Assembly: GCA_043778995.1 (NCBI GenBank)
Contig: JAYWFC010000052.1
Coordinates: 6,914 to 70,913 of the forward strand
DNA from: Aestuariivirga sp.
Lineage (GTDB): Bacteria; Pseudomonadota; Alphaproteobacteria; Rhizobiales; Aestuariivirgaceae
DNA length: 64,000 nucleotides
Reading direction: 5' to 3'
In this document: positions 21,546 to 31,076 of the stretch, in pieces
Layout of the letters: the number at the start of each line of letters is the position of its first letter
How positions within the stretch are numbered: position 1 is the first letter of the stretch
Program-made: the position numbers and the translations under genes
Notes under the pieces: model-generated
What the model was told of the DNA's origin: nothing
Databases searched by the model: none
The model's input: only the letters and a program-made list of their open reading frames with translations

Positions 21546-22111
21546 GCTTGGCCTGCGGGCTGTGCCTGCATGCGTTTTTGATACATATTAGCAAAATCAA
21601 TCGGATCAAGCATCAAAGGCGGAAAGCCGCCATTGCGTGTTGCATCAGCCAAAATCTGGCGGGCAAATGGAAACAACATGCGCGGGCATTCAATCAATAC
21701 TGCGGGTTGCAGCAAATTGGCCGGGAAATTTTCCAAGCGAAACAATCCTGCATAAAGCAAATCTGCCGCAAAAATAACTTTTCCATCGGCCGAAGCCTTG
21801 GCATCCAAATGCAGTTCTACTTCAAAATCAGCAGGCCCCAAGTTGCGGGCATTCACATTCACTGAAATGTTAATATCAGGCTGTTTTGCCTGTTGCGTCA
21901 GAGACAGGGGCGCATTGGGGTTCTCAAAGCTGAAATCTTTCAGATATTGGCCCAAAATGCGAAGCGACGGCTGCGAACCAGGTGCAGGTTCAGGCGCTGT
22001 AAGATTTACCGGCGTAGGCGTTGATTTCACAACAGGATCAGCCTTTTTTGATGTGCCGTTGGATACTTTGGGCGGCGCTTTACGCGGCGCAGTTTTTAGT
22101 GCTTTTGCCAT
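21542..22111 (-). CDS. secB: Protein-export chaperone SecB with a Lys/Pro-rich N-terminal extension
   Basis: SLRILGQYLKDFSFENPNAP core. Start at ATG 22111, with GAGG 5-6 nt upstream. Confidence 0.9.
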   Translation of the reverse strand: MAKALKTAPRKAPPKVSNGTSKKADPVVKSTPTPVNLTAPEPAPGSQPSLRILGQYLKDFSFENPNAPLSLTQQAKQPDINISVNVNARNLGPADFEVELHLDAKASADGKVIFAADLLYAGLFRLENFPANLLQPAVLIECPRMLFPFARQILADATRNGGFPPLMLDPIDFANMYQKRMQAQPAGQA

Positions 22112-22218
22112 TTTTGCCTCATGGATGATAATTGCTCGAGCTATCAGAAAGCCCACTGAGCCGCAAGAGAGCCGCAAGGGAACAGAGCCACATTGAATTC
22201 AGGTGGCCGAAGTGCCAA

Positions 22219-22896
22219 ATGCAGAGGATGAGCATTTTATTTGATCCCATCAATATCGTTTTGGCCAGCGTCGTTTTATTCGTCCTCTTGAAATTGTTTC
22301 AAGTTCTGGGTCAGCGCACTGGCAATGAGAAATTGCCGCCGTTGCCCATCATCAAAACGGAACCGCGCCCCACTGATGTTTTAGCAAGCCCAAATGCCGA
22401 AGCACCCAAACCAATCTGGCAGGGGTTTGCCCCTGAAGGGTCTGACCTTGCTGAGGGCTTGGTGGCAATTGCAAATCAAGACGTTGCGTTCGATCCGAAG
22501 GCTTTCATCGACGGGGCTAAAATTGCCCATGAAAGGATTCTTGAGGCTTTTGCGAAATCAGATTTGGCCACGCTCAAGTTTCTGTTGGCCAAAACGGTTT
22601 ATGGAGCATTTGAAACCGAAGTGAACCGCCGCAAAAAACAAGGCGAAATTGCCGTGTTTAAATTTGTTGGCATCAACAGCGCCACAATCAAAGCTGCAAA
22701 GCTGAATGGCAAAGTGGCGACCATCGATGTGGAATTTTCAAGCCAAATAATATCGGCCGTCAAGGCCAGCAATGGCGACTTGCTGCATGGCAGTGAAACA
22801 TCCGTCGATGACGTAAAAGAAATGTGGAGCTTTGAACGCGACCTCACCTCGCGTGATCCCAATTGGAAACTGTCTGAAACCCACGACCATGACTAA
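22219..22896 (+). CDS. Tim44-like domain protein (TimA family), N-terminal TM anchor
   Basis: N-terminal TM segment ILFDPINIVLASVVLFVLLKLF, C-terminal Tim44-like domain ending WKLSETHD. Divergent from secB. Confidence 0.8.
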   Translation: MQRMSILFDPINIVLASVVLFVLLKLFQVLGQRTGNEKLPPLPIIKTEPRPTDVLASPNAEAPKPIWQGFAPEGSDLAEGLVAIANQDVAFDPKAFIDGAKIAHERILEAFAKSDLATLKFLLAKTVYGAFETEVNRRKKQGEIAVFKFVGINSATIKAAKLNGKVATIDVEFSSQIISAVKASNGDLLHGSETSVDDVKEMWSFERDLTSRDPNWKLSETHDHD

Positions 22897-23980
22897 CGCT
22901 CTCACGCCGATTGGTTTTGACAGCATAAAAACCTGGGCCAGCGACAATCATCAAGCAGCACTGGAAGCGTTCCAACGCTCAGCACAAGAAATCATATCTC
23001 AAGGCCACGGCTTTAAACGTGACGCTGCCTATGGTGGCCAGCGCGAAGATTGGTTGGCGGTTTGCCAAAGCGCGCTCGACACAACCTCCGCCCGTGATTT
23101 TTTCGAGAGTGAATTTCGAGCTCTGCGCGTTCACGATCAAGCAAGGCCAGAAGGGCTCTATACAGGCTATTATGAACCAGAAGCTCAAGGTTCGCTCATT
23201 AAAACGCCAGAATTTCAAGTGCCCATTTATGCCAAGCCAGATGATCTGGTCACCTTCACGGCCGATGAAATTGCAAGTTCAAACTTAACCTACGGCCAGC
23301 GCGTCAACGGAAAACCAGAACATTATTTCTCGCGAAATGAAATTGAACATGGCGCGCTGAAAAACAAAGGCCTTGAAATTTGCTGGCTGAAAAGCTGGGT
23401 TGATGCCTTTTTCATGCACATCCAAGGCAATGGCCGTGTGGTTTTGCCAGATGGTAAAGTAATCAGGCTTTCTTATGCTGCCAAAAATGGCCACGCTTAT
23501 ACTGGCATTGGCTCAATGCTTTTGGCCCAAGGTGTAGGTACCCCTCAAACCATGTCGATGCAGCTGTTGCGAACATGGATGGCCGATAACCCTGATAAGA
23601 CGCGCGAGTTGTTATGGAGCAACAATTCTTTCGTGTTTTTCAGAACAACCGAAATTGAAAATGAATCGCTGGGCGCAATCGGTGCGGGCAAAGTGAACCT
23701 CTCTCCCTTACGCAGTTTGGCTGTGGATCGCAGCTATTGGCAGTTTGGCACGCCGCTTTTTATAGAGACCAACGAACCGCCCGAAGCCGTTGAAACCAAC
23801 AAACCCTTCAACCACTTGATGATTGCACAAGATACTGGCACTGCCATTCGCGGCATCATCCGGGGCGATGTGTATTGGGGCTGGGGCGATAAGGCAGCGC
23901 TCAACGCGGGTCATATGAAAAGCCAAGGTTCAATGGTGGCATTGCTGCCACACGCTTTGGCTAAAAAGCTAACACCATGA
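22889..23980 (+). CDS. mltA: Membrane-bound lytic murein transglycosylase A (MltA) family protein
   Basis: MltA and 3D-domain-like sequence (GTAIRGIIRGDVYWGWG). The start overlaps the Tim44-like stop by 8 nt. Confidence 0.85.
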   Translation: MTNALTPIGFDSIKTWASDNHQAALEAFQRSAQEIISQGHGFKRDAAYGGQREDWLAVCQSALDTTSARDFFESEFRALRVHDQARPEGLYTGYYEPEAQGSLIKTPEFQVPIYAKPDDLVTFTADEIASSNLTYGQRVNGKPEHYFSRNEIEHGALKNKGLEICWLKSWVDAFFMHIQGNGRVVLPDGKVIRLSYAAKNGHAYTGIGSMLLAQGVGTPQTMSMQLLRTWMADNPDKTRELLWSNNSFVFFRTTEIENESLGAIGAGKVNLSPLRSLAVDRSYWQFGTPLFIETNEPPEAVETNKPFNHLMIAQDTGTAIRGIIRGDVYWGWGDKAALNAGHMKSQGSMVALLPHALAKKLTP

Positions 23981-24549
23981 GCAAAAAGAAATTCGAAGTT
24001 CCAGATCCAGAACTGTGGGAAGAGGTTAAGGCCTCGGTCGCTCCCATCGTTCCATCACGGCGCAGCAAAGCGGGCCGCGTTTCAGCGCCCCACCCGCCCA
24101 TGGTTTTGCAGAGTGAAATTCCAACGCCGAATCTGCGCGCACCCCGAACCGCCCCTCCGGCATTGGCAGTTTTTGAAAGACGCATGGCGCAAAAACTGGG
24201 TCGCGGCCAAATGGAGCCTGAAGCCCGTATTGATCTTCACGGTGAGAATTTAGAAAACGCTCGTCACCAACTTTTGCAGTTTTTGTTCAGCAGACGCATG
24301 CAGGGTTACAGGCTGGTTTTGGTGATCACGGGCAAGGGCGCATCGCCCTATGCCCGCCATACCCTTCATGGCATGTCTCATTTCAACGCGCCTGAACGCG
24401 AAGGCAAGTTGCGCCGTGAATTGCCGATGTGGTTGGAAGATCACCAATTTCGCACCCATGTTGTGGGCTTTCAACCAGCACACCCCAAACATGGTGGAGG
24501 AGGCGCGTTCTATGTGAAGCTTAGAAAAATAGCCGGTAATTTTGAATGA
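23977..24549 (+). CDS. Smr (MutS2-related small) domain protein
   Basis: C-terminal Smr domain IDLHGENLENARHQL ... LVITGKG. ATGA overlap with mltA. Confidence 0.85.
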   Translation: MSKKKFEVPDPELWEEVKASVAPIVPSRRSKAGRVSAPHPPMVLQSEIPTPNLRAPRTAPPALAVFERRMAQKLGRGQMEPEARIDLHGENLENARHQLLQFLFSRRMQGYRLVLVITGKGASPYARHTLHGMSHFNAPEREGKLRRELPMWLEDHQFRTHVVGFQPAHPKHGGGGAFYVKLRKIAGNFE

Positions 24550-24905
24550 CACCCTTTGGAGCAAAATTGCGAGAGTTGCGCGAACAACGCGGCCTCACAT
24601 TATTGGAAATGGCCAAAGCCGCAGGCGTATCACCCGCCTATTTGTCCGCACTAGAACACGGCAAGCGCGGCCGGCCAAGCTGGCATCTGATCCAGTCGAT
24701 CATAGCGCATCTCAATATCATCTGGGATGAAGCTGAAGACTTGATCAGGCTCAGCAAGATTTCGCACCCCAAAATCACCATTGATACATCTGGCCTTTCG
24801 CCCCAAGCGACAGAGCTTGCCAACAGATTATCTCAAGGCATTGCCAAAATGGATGAGGCATTGGTGCAAGAATTGTTGGCGAGGGTGAAATCACCCCGCG
24901 CTTAA
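24546..24905 (+). CDS. XRE-family helix-turn-helix transcriptional regulator
   Basis: [41 protein letters not shown] overlap with smr. Confidence 0.8.
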   Translation: MTPFGAKLRELREQRGLTLLEMAKAAGVSPAYLSALEHGKRGRPSWHLIQSIIAHLNIIWDEAEDLIRLSKISHPKITIDTSGLSPQATELANRLSQGIAKMDEALVQELLARVKSPRA

Positions 24906-24990
24906 CCACATAAAGATATCTTTATATAGATATTGCATGCGAACATTTCCCATGCTACGGCAGCGCAATCACCTTTCAGGAGCCTTACCC

Positions 24991-26397
24991 ATGACCACAT
25001 TTACAGATTATTACGTCGCCGATATCAAGCTTGCCGATTGGGGCCGCAAGGAATTGGATATGGCTGAAATTGAAATGCCAGGCCTTATGTCCACCCGCGC
25101 TGAATATGCAGCAGCCCAACCTTTAAAGGGTGCCCGCATTTCAGGCTCGCTTCACATGACAATTCAAACCGCGGTGTTGATTGAAACGCTGAAAGCCTTG
25201 GGCGCAGATATCCGCTGGGCTTCATGCAACATCTATTCAACACAAGATCATGCCGCCGCCGCAATCGCCGACGCAGGCATTCCGGTATTTGCATTCAAAG
25301 GCGAAAACCTGAAAGAATATTGGGCCTTCACCGCAAAGATTTTTGAATGGCCCAATGGCCAAACCACAAATATGATTTTGGATGATGGTGGCGATGCTAC
25401 CCTTTATATTTTGCTTGGTTCGCGGGCCGAAAAAGATCCGACCCTCATTGCACACCCGAAAAGCGAAGAAGAAGAATGTCTCTATGCTGAAATCAAAAAG
25501 CGCATCAAGGCAAGCCCTGGCTGGTTTGACAATGTAAAAGCCTCAATCATCGGTGTGTCGGAAGAAACCACAACAGGCGTTCATCGTTTGTATGAAATGC
25601 AAAAGAAGGGCGAACTTCCTTTCCCCGCCATCAACGTGAACGACTCTGTTACAAAATCGAAGTTTGACAACAAATATGGCTGCCGTGAATCATTGGTTGA
25701 TGCCATTCGCCGTGGCACAGATGTGATGATGGCTGGTAAGGTGGCAGTGGTTCTGGGTTATGGCGACGTGGGCAAAGGTTCAGCCCTAAGCTTGCGCGGT
25801 GCAGGTGCTCGCGTTGTGGTTACCGAGGTTGACCCTATCTGTGCGCTGCAAGCTGCCATGGATGGTTATGCCGTGCAAACATTGCAAGATGTTGTGGCAA
25901 CAGCCGATGTGTTTGTCACAGCGACTGGCAACAAAGATGTGATCACTTTAGATGACATGAAGCAAATGAAAGACATGGCCATTGTTTGCAACATTGGCCA
26001 TTTTGATAATGAAATCCAAGTGGCTGAATTGAAGAACTTCAAGTGGACCAACATCAAGCCACAGGTTGATCTGGTCAACTTCCCAAAGGGCAACCGCATC
26101 ATTCTGTTGTCTGAAGGTCGATTGGTGAATTTGGGCAATGCCACAGGCCATCCAAGCTTCGTAATGTCAGCATCCTTCACCAACCAAACTTTGGCGCAGA
26201 TTGAACTTTTCACCAATGCCAAAACTGGCAAATACAAAAACGAAGTTTACGTTTTGCCAAAGCATCTCGATGAAAAAGTAGCAACGCTGCATCTTGAAAA
26301 GCTTGGTGTGAAGCTCACCAAGCTCAGCAATGAACAGGCCGCTTATATTGGTGTGGACCAAAAAGGCCCGTTCAAGCCAGAATATTATCGCTACTAA
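24991..26397 (+). CDS. ahcY: Adenosylhomocysteinase
   Basis: [17 protein letters not shown]-terminus, NAD motif [17 protein letters not shown] lies upstream of ATG 24991. Confidence 0.97.
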   Translation: MTTFTDYYVADIKLADWGRKELDMAEIEMPGLMSTRAEYAAAQPLKGARISGSLHMTIQTAVLIETLKALGADIRWASCNIYSTQDHAAAAIADAGIPVFAFKGENLKEYWAFTAKIFEWPNGQTTNMILDDGGDATLYILLGSRAEKDPTLIAHPKSEEEECLYAEIKKRIKASPGWFDNVKASIIGVSEETTTGVHRLYEMQKKGELPFPAINVNDSVTKSKFDNKYGCRESLVDAIRRGTDVMMAGKVAVVLGYGDVGKGSALSLRGAGARVVVTEVDPICALQAAMDGYAVQTLQDVVATADVFVTATGNKDVITLDDMKQMKDMAIVCNIGHFDNEIQVAELKNFKWTNIKPQVDLVNFPKGNRIILLSEGRLVNLGNATGHPSFVMSASFTNQTLAQIELFTNAKTGKYKNEVYVLPKHLDEKVATLHLEKLGVKLTKLSNEQAAYIGVDQKGPFKPEYYRY

Positions 26398-26415
26398 TCT
26401 TTATCTCATCTCAAT

Positions 26416-28014
26416 TTAATGCGCGGCGGTCTTGAGTTTTTTCAGGGCCGCCGTGAACTTGAGAGATAGGGCTTTGGCTTTCTCATCATAGGCAACGCCA
26501 TCACCCCAAGCAGCACGCGGGTTCAAAATATTCTCGTCAATATCGCGCAGAGATGTGGGCACGTTAAAACCAAAGTTTTCATCCACGCGCTTTTCCGCCT
26601 TGTCTATTTCTCCAGAGAAAATCGCTCCAAGCAAACGCCGTGTGGTGGCAAGCGACATGCGCTTTCCTGTGCCATATGCCCCGCCTGTCCAACCTGTGTT
26701 CAGCATGTAACAGCGTGTGTTGTTCTGGTTGATTTTTGTTTTCAATAAATCCGCATAGGCTTGTGGCGGCCGCGGCAAAAATGGCGCGCCAAAACAAGCT
26801 GAAAACGTAGCCTCTGGTTCCGTCACGCCACGCTCGGTGCCAGCAAGTTTGGCTGTATAGCCAATTAAAAATTGCTCCATGGCCTGATTGGCATCAAGCA
26901 CCGCAACAGGGGGCAAAACCCCAAATGCGTCAGCTGTCAGCATGATCAAGATATCTGGCGCCGCCGCCATGAGAGAAGGCTTAGCGTTTCTAATCTTATG
27001 CAGCGGATAGGCAGCTCTGGTATTTTCAGTGCGGCTGCCATCGCTAAAATCCACGGCACCTGAATGCAAGTCCATCCCAACGTTTTCAAGAACAGTGCCA
27101 AAATCCAGCGATGCTTGATGAATGTCAGGCTCAGCCTTGGGGTCAAGATTTATCACCTTGGCATAGCAACCATGTTCTATGTTGAACACGCCATCATTGC
27201 CCCAGCCATGTTCATCATCGCCAATTAAGGTGCGGGTTGGGTCTGCTGAAAGCGTTGTTTTACCAGTTCCAGAAAGCCCAAAGAATACTGCTGTGTCGCC
27301 AGAATCACCAACATTCACCGAGCAGTGCATGGGCAAAACATCAAGCTTTGGCAAAAGATAATTCAGCACCGTGAAAACTGCTTTTTTCATTTCGCCAGCA
27401 TAAGCCGTGCCGCCGATTAAAACTTCGCCGCGGGTCAGATCAATCGCGATCACTGTTTCAGAAGCTGTGCCATGGATTTCTGGGTCGGCTTTGAAACTGG
27501 GCATGCAGAGAATAGTAAGTTCAGGCCGAAACTGTGCTGGTGATTGTGGTGCAGGTTGTAACAAGTGCTGCAAAAACAATGCTGCCCACGCCTGTTCGGC
27601 AACAAGTCGCACAGGCAATTGCTGGGCTGCCGCTGGGCATGCGATGAGATCTTGAACAAACACATCTTTCATGCGGGCATGGGTTTGCATGTCGCGCTTC
27701 AAGGCTTCAAAGTGCGCCGGGCTGATCGGTTTGTTGTTGTCCCACCATACTTGAGCGGCGGTTTCATCATCCAAAACAATATATTTGTCTTTGGGGCTGC
27801 GGCCCGTGTGTTCACCGGTTTCAACAACCAATGCGCCAGTGGCCGAAAGCTTGGCTTCATCGCGCGCTATCGATTTTTGCACCAATCGCCATGCCGCTTC
27901 ATTCCATGAAATTTGCCCAAGCCAGCGCAACCCAAACTGCGAAAGCTCAGACCGAATAACACTGTTATAGCCCAATTCAAGTTCAGCACTTTTCATCTGT
28001 ACAAAGGCGTTCAT
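26416..28014 (-). CDS. pckA: Phosphoenolpyruvate carboxykinase (ATP)
   Basis: Kinase-1a GLSGTGKTT. 532 aa ATP-type PEPCK. Confidence 0.97.
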   Translation of the reverse strand: MNAFVQMKSAELELGYNSVIRSELSQFGLRWLGQISWNEAAWRLVQKSIARDEAKLSATGALVVETGEHTGRSPKDKYIVLDDETAAQVWWDNNKPISPAHFEALKRDMQTHARMKDVFVQDLIACPAAAQQLPVRLVAEQAWAALFLQHLLQPAPQSPAQFRPELTILCMPSFKADPEIHGTASETVIAIDLTRGEVLIGGTAYAGEMKKAVFTVLNYLLPKLDVLPMHCSVNVGDSGDTAVFFGLSGTGKTTLSADPTRTLIGDDEHGWGNDGVFNIEHGCYAKVINLDPKAEPDIHQASLDFGTVLENVGMDLHSGAVDFSDGSRTENTRAAYPLHKIRNAKPSLMAAAPDILIMLTADAFGVLPPVAVLDANQAMEQFLIGYTAKLAGTERGVTEPEATFSACFGAPFLPRPPQAYADLLKTKINQNNTRCYMLNTGWTGGAYGTGKRMSLATTRRLLGAIFSGEIDKAEKRVDENFGFNVPTSLRDIDENILNPRAAWGDGVAYDEKAKALSLKFTAALKKLKTAAH

Positions 28015-28058
28015 GGCGATCTCCCAATCTCGGGAACAGCCTAAGCAAGAAAAACAAA

Positions 28059-28082
28059 TGATGTAAAGATGTATTTACATCA
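28059..28082. promoter_or_regulatory. Candidate operator: inverted repeat TGATGTAAA-N6-TTTACATCA in the pckA/PBP divergent region
   Basis: Perfect 9-bp arms. Part of an array of four GATGT/ACATC pentamers, 45-68 bp upstream of the pckA start. Confidence 0.4.
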
Positions 28083-28234
28083 AAAATAAACGTTATCGAA
28101 CATCAAATATTGAGGTAAAATAGTCAAATTCAAGAGATTTTTTGCTTGCCCATATCTCCGCCACGATTTCCTCATCATTTGCCCTTCTTGCCTCTTCATC
28201 AAAGCGCAAGACATCACGGGCTAAAATCAAATTT

Positions 28235-30319
28235 ATGGGGCTGTTTTCGAATAAATCATCAAAGCGCGGCAAACCAAAGCGCACTGAACCTCGCCTTTTT
28301 GCGGGCGAGCGTGAACAGCTCAATCCACCCGAAAGGCGCAAGCCCAAAAAGCCAAAGCGTTCGTGGGGCTGGCGTCTATTCAGTTTTTTACTAGCGATCG
28401 GCTTTTGGAGTGCTGTAGCAGGCGGGTTGGTTCTAACCTACGTGTGGTTCTCGCTCGATCAACGTGGCTTGCTGCAAATTCCGCAGCGAGAACCCGGCGT
28501 CATGGTATTGGCCAATAATGGCTCGGTGCTGGCGGAAACCGGCGCGTTTTTTGGTGATGCAGCCCATATCGATCAATTGCCAGATTATGTGCCCAATGCC
28601 GTTATCGCCATTGAAGACCACAGGTTCAGAAGCCACTACGGCATAGATCCCATTGGGTTGGCGCGAGCAATGTCGCGCAACATTCTTGCCCGCCATATGG
28701 TGCAGGGTGGTTCAACCCTAACCCAGCAATTGGCCAAAAACCTTTTTCTCACTCAAGAAAAAACCCTCACCAGAAAAGTGCAAGAAGCTGTCTTGGCCCT
28801 TTGGCTGGAATCGAAATTCACCAAAGATGAGATTCTGCAACTTTATTTGAACCGGGTTTATTTTGGCTCAGGCGCTTATGGCATTGAACAAGCCGCACAT
28901 ACCTATTTCAACAAGTCTGCGTCAGAGCTTTCGATTATGGAAGCAGCCAGGCTTGCGGCCAGCCTTAAAGCGCCCAGCACTTATGATCCGTCAAAGCATC
29001 CTGATGAGAGCACGGCGCGGGCTAAACTTGTGTTGGCGGCAATGCAAGACCAAGGCTTCATTTCTGTTGATGATGCCAGCAATGCCATTGATCAACCGTT
29101 GAATATTGTAACCGCAGATTATCTGCCCGCGCGCCAATATGCGGTGGACTGGATCAACGCACAGCTATCGCAGCTGGTTAAAAACTATGATCAATCCATT
29201 GTCATTGAAACGACGATTGATCCCACAATCCAAGCCAATGCCGAAAAATCTCTGCGAACACGCTTGGCGCAGAACGGCAAGAAACTGGGTGTGTCTCAGG
29301 GTGCCATGGTGGTGATGGATAATTCCGGTGCAGTGTTGGCGATGATTGGCGGAAAATCCTACGAAAAAAGCCAATATAACCGCGCTACAAAAGCCGAACG
29401 CCAGCCCGGTTCAGCCTTCAAGCCGTTTGTCTATCTTACGGCCTTTGAACATGGCTATAAACCATCATCAATGGAGGTGGATGAACCTGTCAAATTTGGT
29501 TCTTGGTCACCCGAAAACTATAAGCATAAATATTTGGGCTCAGTGTCGTTAGAGCAAGCCTTTGCTCAATCAATCAACACGGTTGCTGCAAAGCTTGCAG
29601 TTACAGTTGGCCCGGCTAATGTTGCAGAAACCGCACAAAGGTTAGGGATTGCCTCGCCCCTCGGCCATGATGCGTCATTGGCTTTGGGTACGTCTGAAGT
29701 AACGCCATTGGAATTGACTGCAGCCTTCGTGCCCTTTGCCAACGGTGGCAACTTGGTAGCCCCCTATGTGGTCAAGCGCGTGACAACGCGAAGCGGCAAA
29801 GTGCTTTATGAACGAAAAGGTGACGGCTTGGGCCAAGTTGTTTCAAACCAAGCCTTGGGTGAAATGAACCAACTGTTCCGCGCTGTGTTGCGCCAAGGCA
29901 CAGGCACCAAAGCCCAGTTTGGAAATTTTGACATCGGCGGCAAAACCGGCACCAGCCAAGACTATCGTGATGCGTGGTTTGTGGGTTTCACGCCTTATCT
30001 CACGGCCGGTGTTTGGCTGGGCAATGATGATAATACGCCCACGAAACAAGTCACCGGTGGCTCGCTTCCTGCCATCATTTGGCGTGATGTGATGGAGCCT
30101 GCACATTTGGGCTTATCACCACTTCAACTGCCCGGAACACCAGAACAACAGCAGCCAGAGCCAACAACTGTGGCCCAGACAGACGGGTCAAATGCGGAAG
30201 GCAACACGCCCGATGTGATGAATGTGCCGCCTCAGATGGAAGAAAAGCCGAAAACTCTGTTTGATTTGCTTTTTGGGAAGCGAAAAAATTCGACGCAGGA
30301 TTCCGGCAGTATCTATTAA
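28235..30319 (+). CDS. Class A penicillin-binding protein (bifunctional transglycosylase/transpeptidase, PBP1A family)
   Basis: GT51 motifs EDHRFRSHYGIDP and GGSTLTQQ. Transpeptidase motifs SAFKPF (SxxK) and KTGTS. Basic cytoplasmic tail plus a TM segment. ATG 28235 preferred. Confidence 0.92.
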   Translation: MGLFSNKSSKRGKPKRTEPRLFAGEREQLNPPERRKPKKPKRSWGWRLFSFLLAIGFWSAVAGGLVLTYVWFSLDQRGLLQIPQREPGVMVLANNGSVLAETGAFFGDAAHIDQLPDYVPNAVIAIEDHRFRSHYGIDPIGLARAMSRNILARHMVQGGSTLTQQLAKNLFLTQEKTLTRKVQEAVLALWLESKFTKDEILQLYLNRVYFGSGAYGIEQAAHTYFNKSASELSIMEAARLAASLKAPSTYDPSKHPDESTARAKLVLAAMQDQGFISVDDASNAIDQPLNIVTADYLPARQYAVDWINAQLSQLVKNYDQSIVIETTIDPTIQANAEKSLRTRLAQNGKKLGVSQGAMVVMDNSGAVLAMIGGKSYEKSQYNRATKAERQPGSAFKPFVYLTAFEHGYKPSSMEVDEPVKFGSWSPENYKHKYLGSVSLEQAFAQSINTVAAKLAVTVGPANVAETAQRLGIASPLGHDASLALGTSEVTPLELTAAFVPFANGGNLVAPYVVKRVTTRSGKVLYERKGDGLGQVVSNQALGEMNQLFRAVLRQGTGTKAQFGNFDIGGKTGTSQDYRDAWFVGFTPYLTAGVWLGNDDNTPTKQVTGGSLPAIIWRDVMEPAHLGLSPLQLPGTPEQQQPEPTTVAQTDGSNAEGNTPDVMNVPPQMEEKPKTLFDLLFGKRKNSTQDSGSIY

Positions 30320-30332
30320 TGCTCTTCCGAAA

Positions 30333-31076
30333 CTAAAAATTGCGATGCAACTCACGGCCATTCTTCTTAAGCCATTCCTTGGCGGCGCGAGATTGCGAAC
30401 ACTGCGTTAAAACCAAACGCCAGAATCTGGGGCCATGGTTCATTTCACGCAAATGCGCAACTTCATGGGCCGCCACATAATCCAATACAAATGTTGGCGC
30501 CAAAATGAGACGCCAAGAATAAGATAAAGCGCCTGAGGCCGAGCAAGATCCCCACCGCGTTTTCTGGTCACGAATTGTGATGCGTGAATATTTTGTCTCC
30601 ATCGCAACCGCATACCGTCGCGAGGCTTCAGTCAAATCGGCCAATGCTTGCTTTTTAAAATAATCCTTTAACCGGCGTTCAACATGCAATGGGTTGCCGG
30701 GCACATGGATAACGCCGGCAGATATAGAAATTAATCCGCGCGCACCGCCACTATAGTGAAGCTGCAAATTCTCTCCGCGAAACATGATACTTGCGCCATG
30801 ACCAATCGCAACAGGTTCTATTCGCTTGCCGAGTGTTCTTAAAATCCATGGTGAAGAAATTTGTGCAAACCGCAATGCTTCCGCCAAGCCTGTTCGCTTA
30901 GGCAACGTCATCATCAAATCGTTGGATTTTGTATCCAATCGCAACACCATGCGCTTGGCGCGGGCATTACGCTTGAACCGCAGAATTATATTGCGATCGC
31001 CAATGACGATGGTTTGCGCGTCAGGTGCAGGCAGGCTGGAACGAACACTTTTCAGTGCTCGTAAAAAACCAATCAC
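30333..31076 (-). CDS. M48/YgjP-like (DUF45) zinc metallopeptidase family protein
   Basis: HEVAHLREMNH (HExxH). 4-nt overlap with the upstream phaZ. Confidence 0.8.
   Translation of the reverse strand: MIGFLRALKSVRSSLPAPDAQTIVIGDRNIILRFKRNARAKRMVLRLDTKSNDLMMTLPKRTGLAEALRFAQISSPWILRTLGKRIEPVAIGHGASIMFRGENLQLHYSGGARGLISISAGVIHVPGNPLHVERRLKDYFKKQALADLTEASRRYAVAMETKYSRITIRDQKTRWGSCSASGALSYSWRLILAPTFVLDYVAAHEVAHLREMNHGPRFWRLVLTQCSQSRAAKEWLKKNGRELHRNF

Noticed and set aside
24906-24990. Possible SAH riboswitch upstream of ahcY
   Set aside because: SAH riboswitches precede ahcY mainly in beta and gamma proteobacteria. The 85-nt leader here is short and shows only a 5-bp GCATG/CATGC hairpin. I could not find the conserved pseudoknot-forming segments. 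A covariance-model scan (Rfam RF01057) would settle it.
28093-28347. 84-aa minus-strand ORF upstream of pckA
   Set aside because: It starts inside the PBP1A coding region and runs through the promoter region. The composition is not protein-like and no start context is present.
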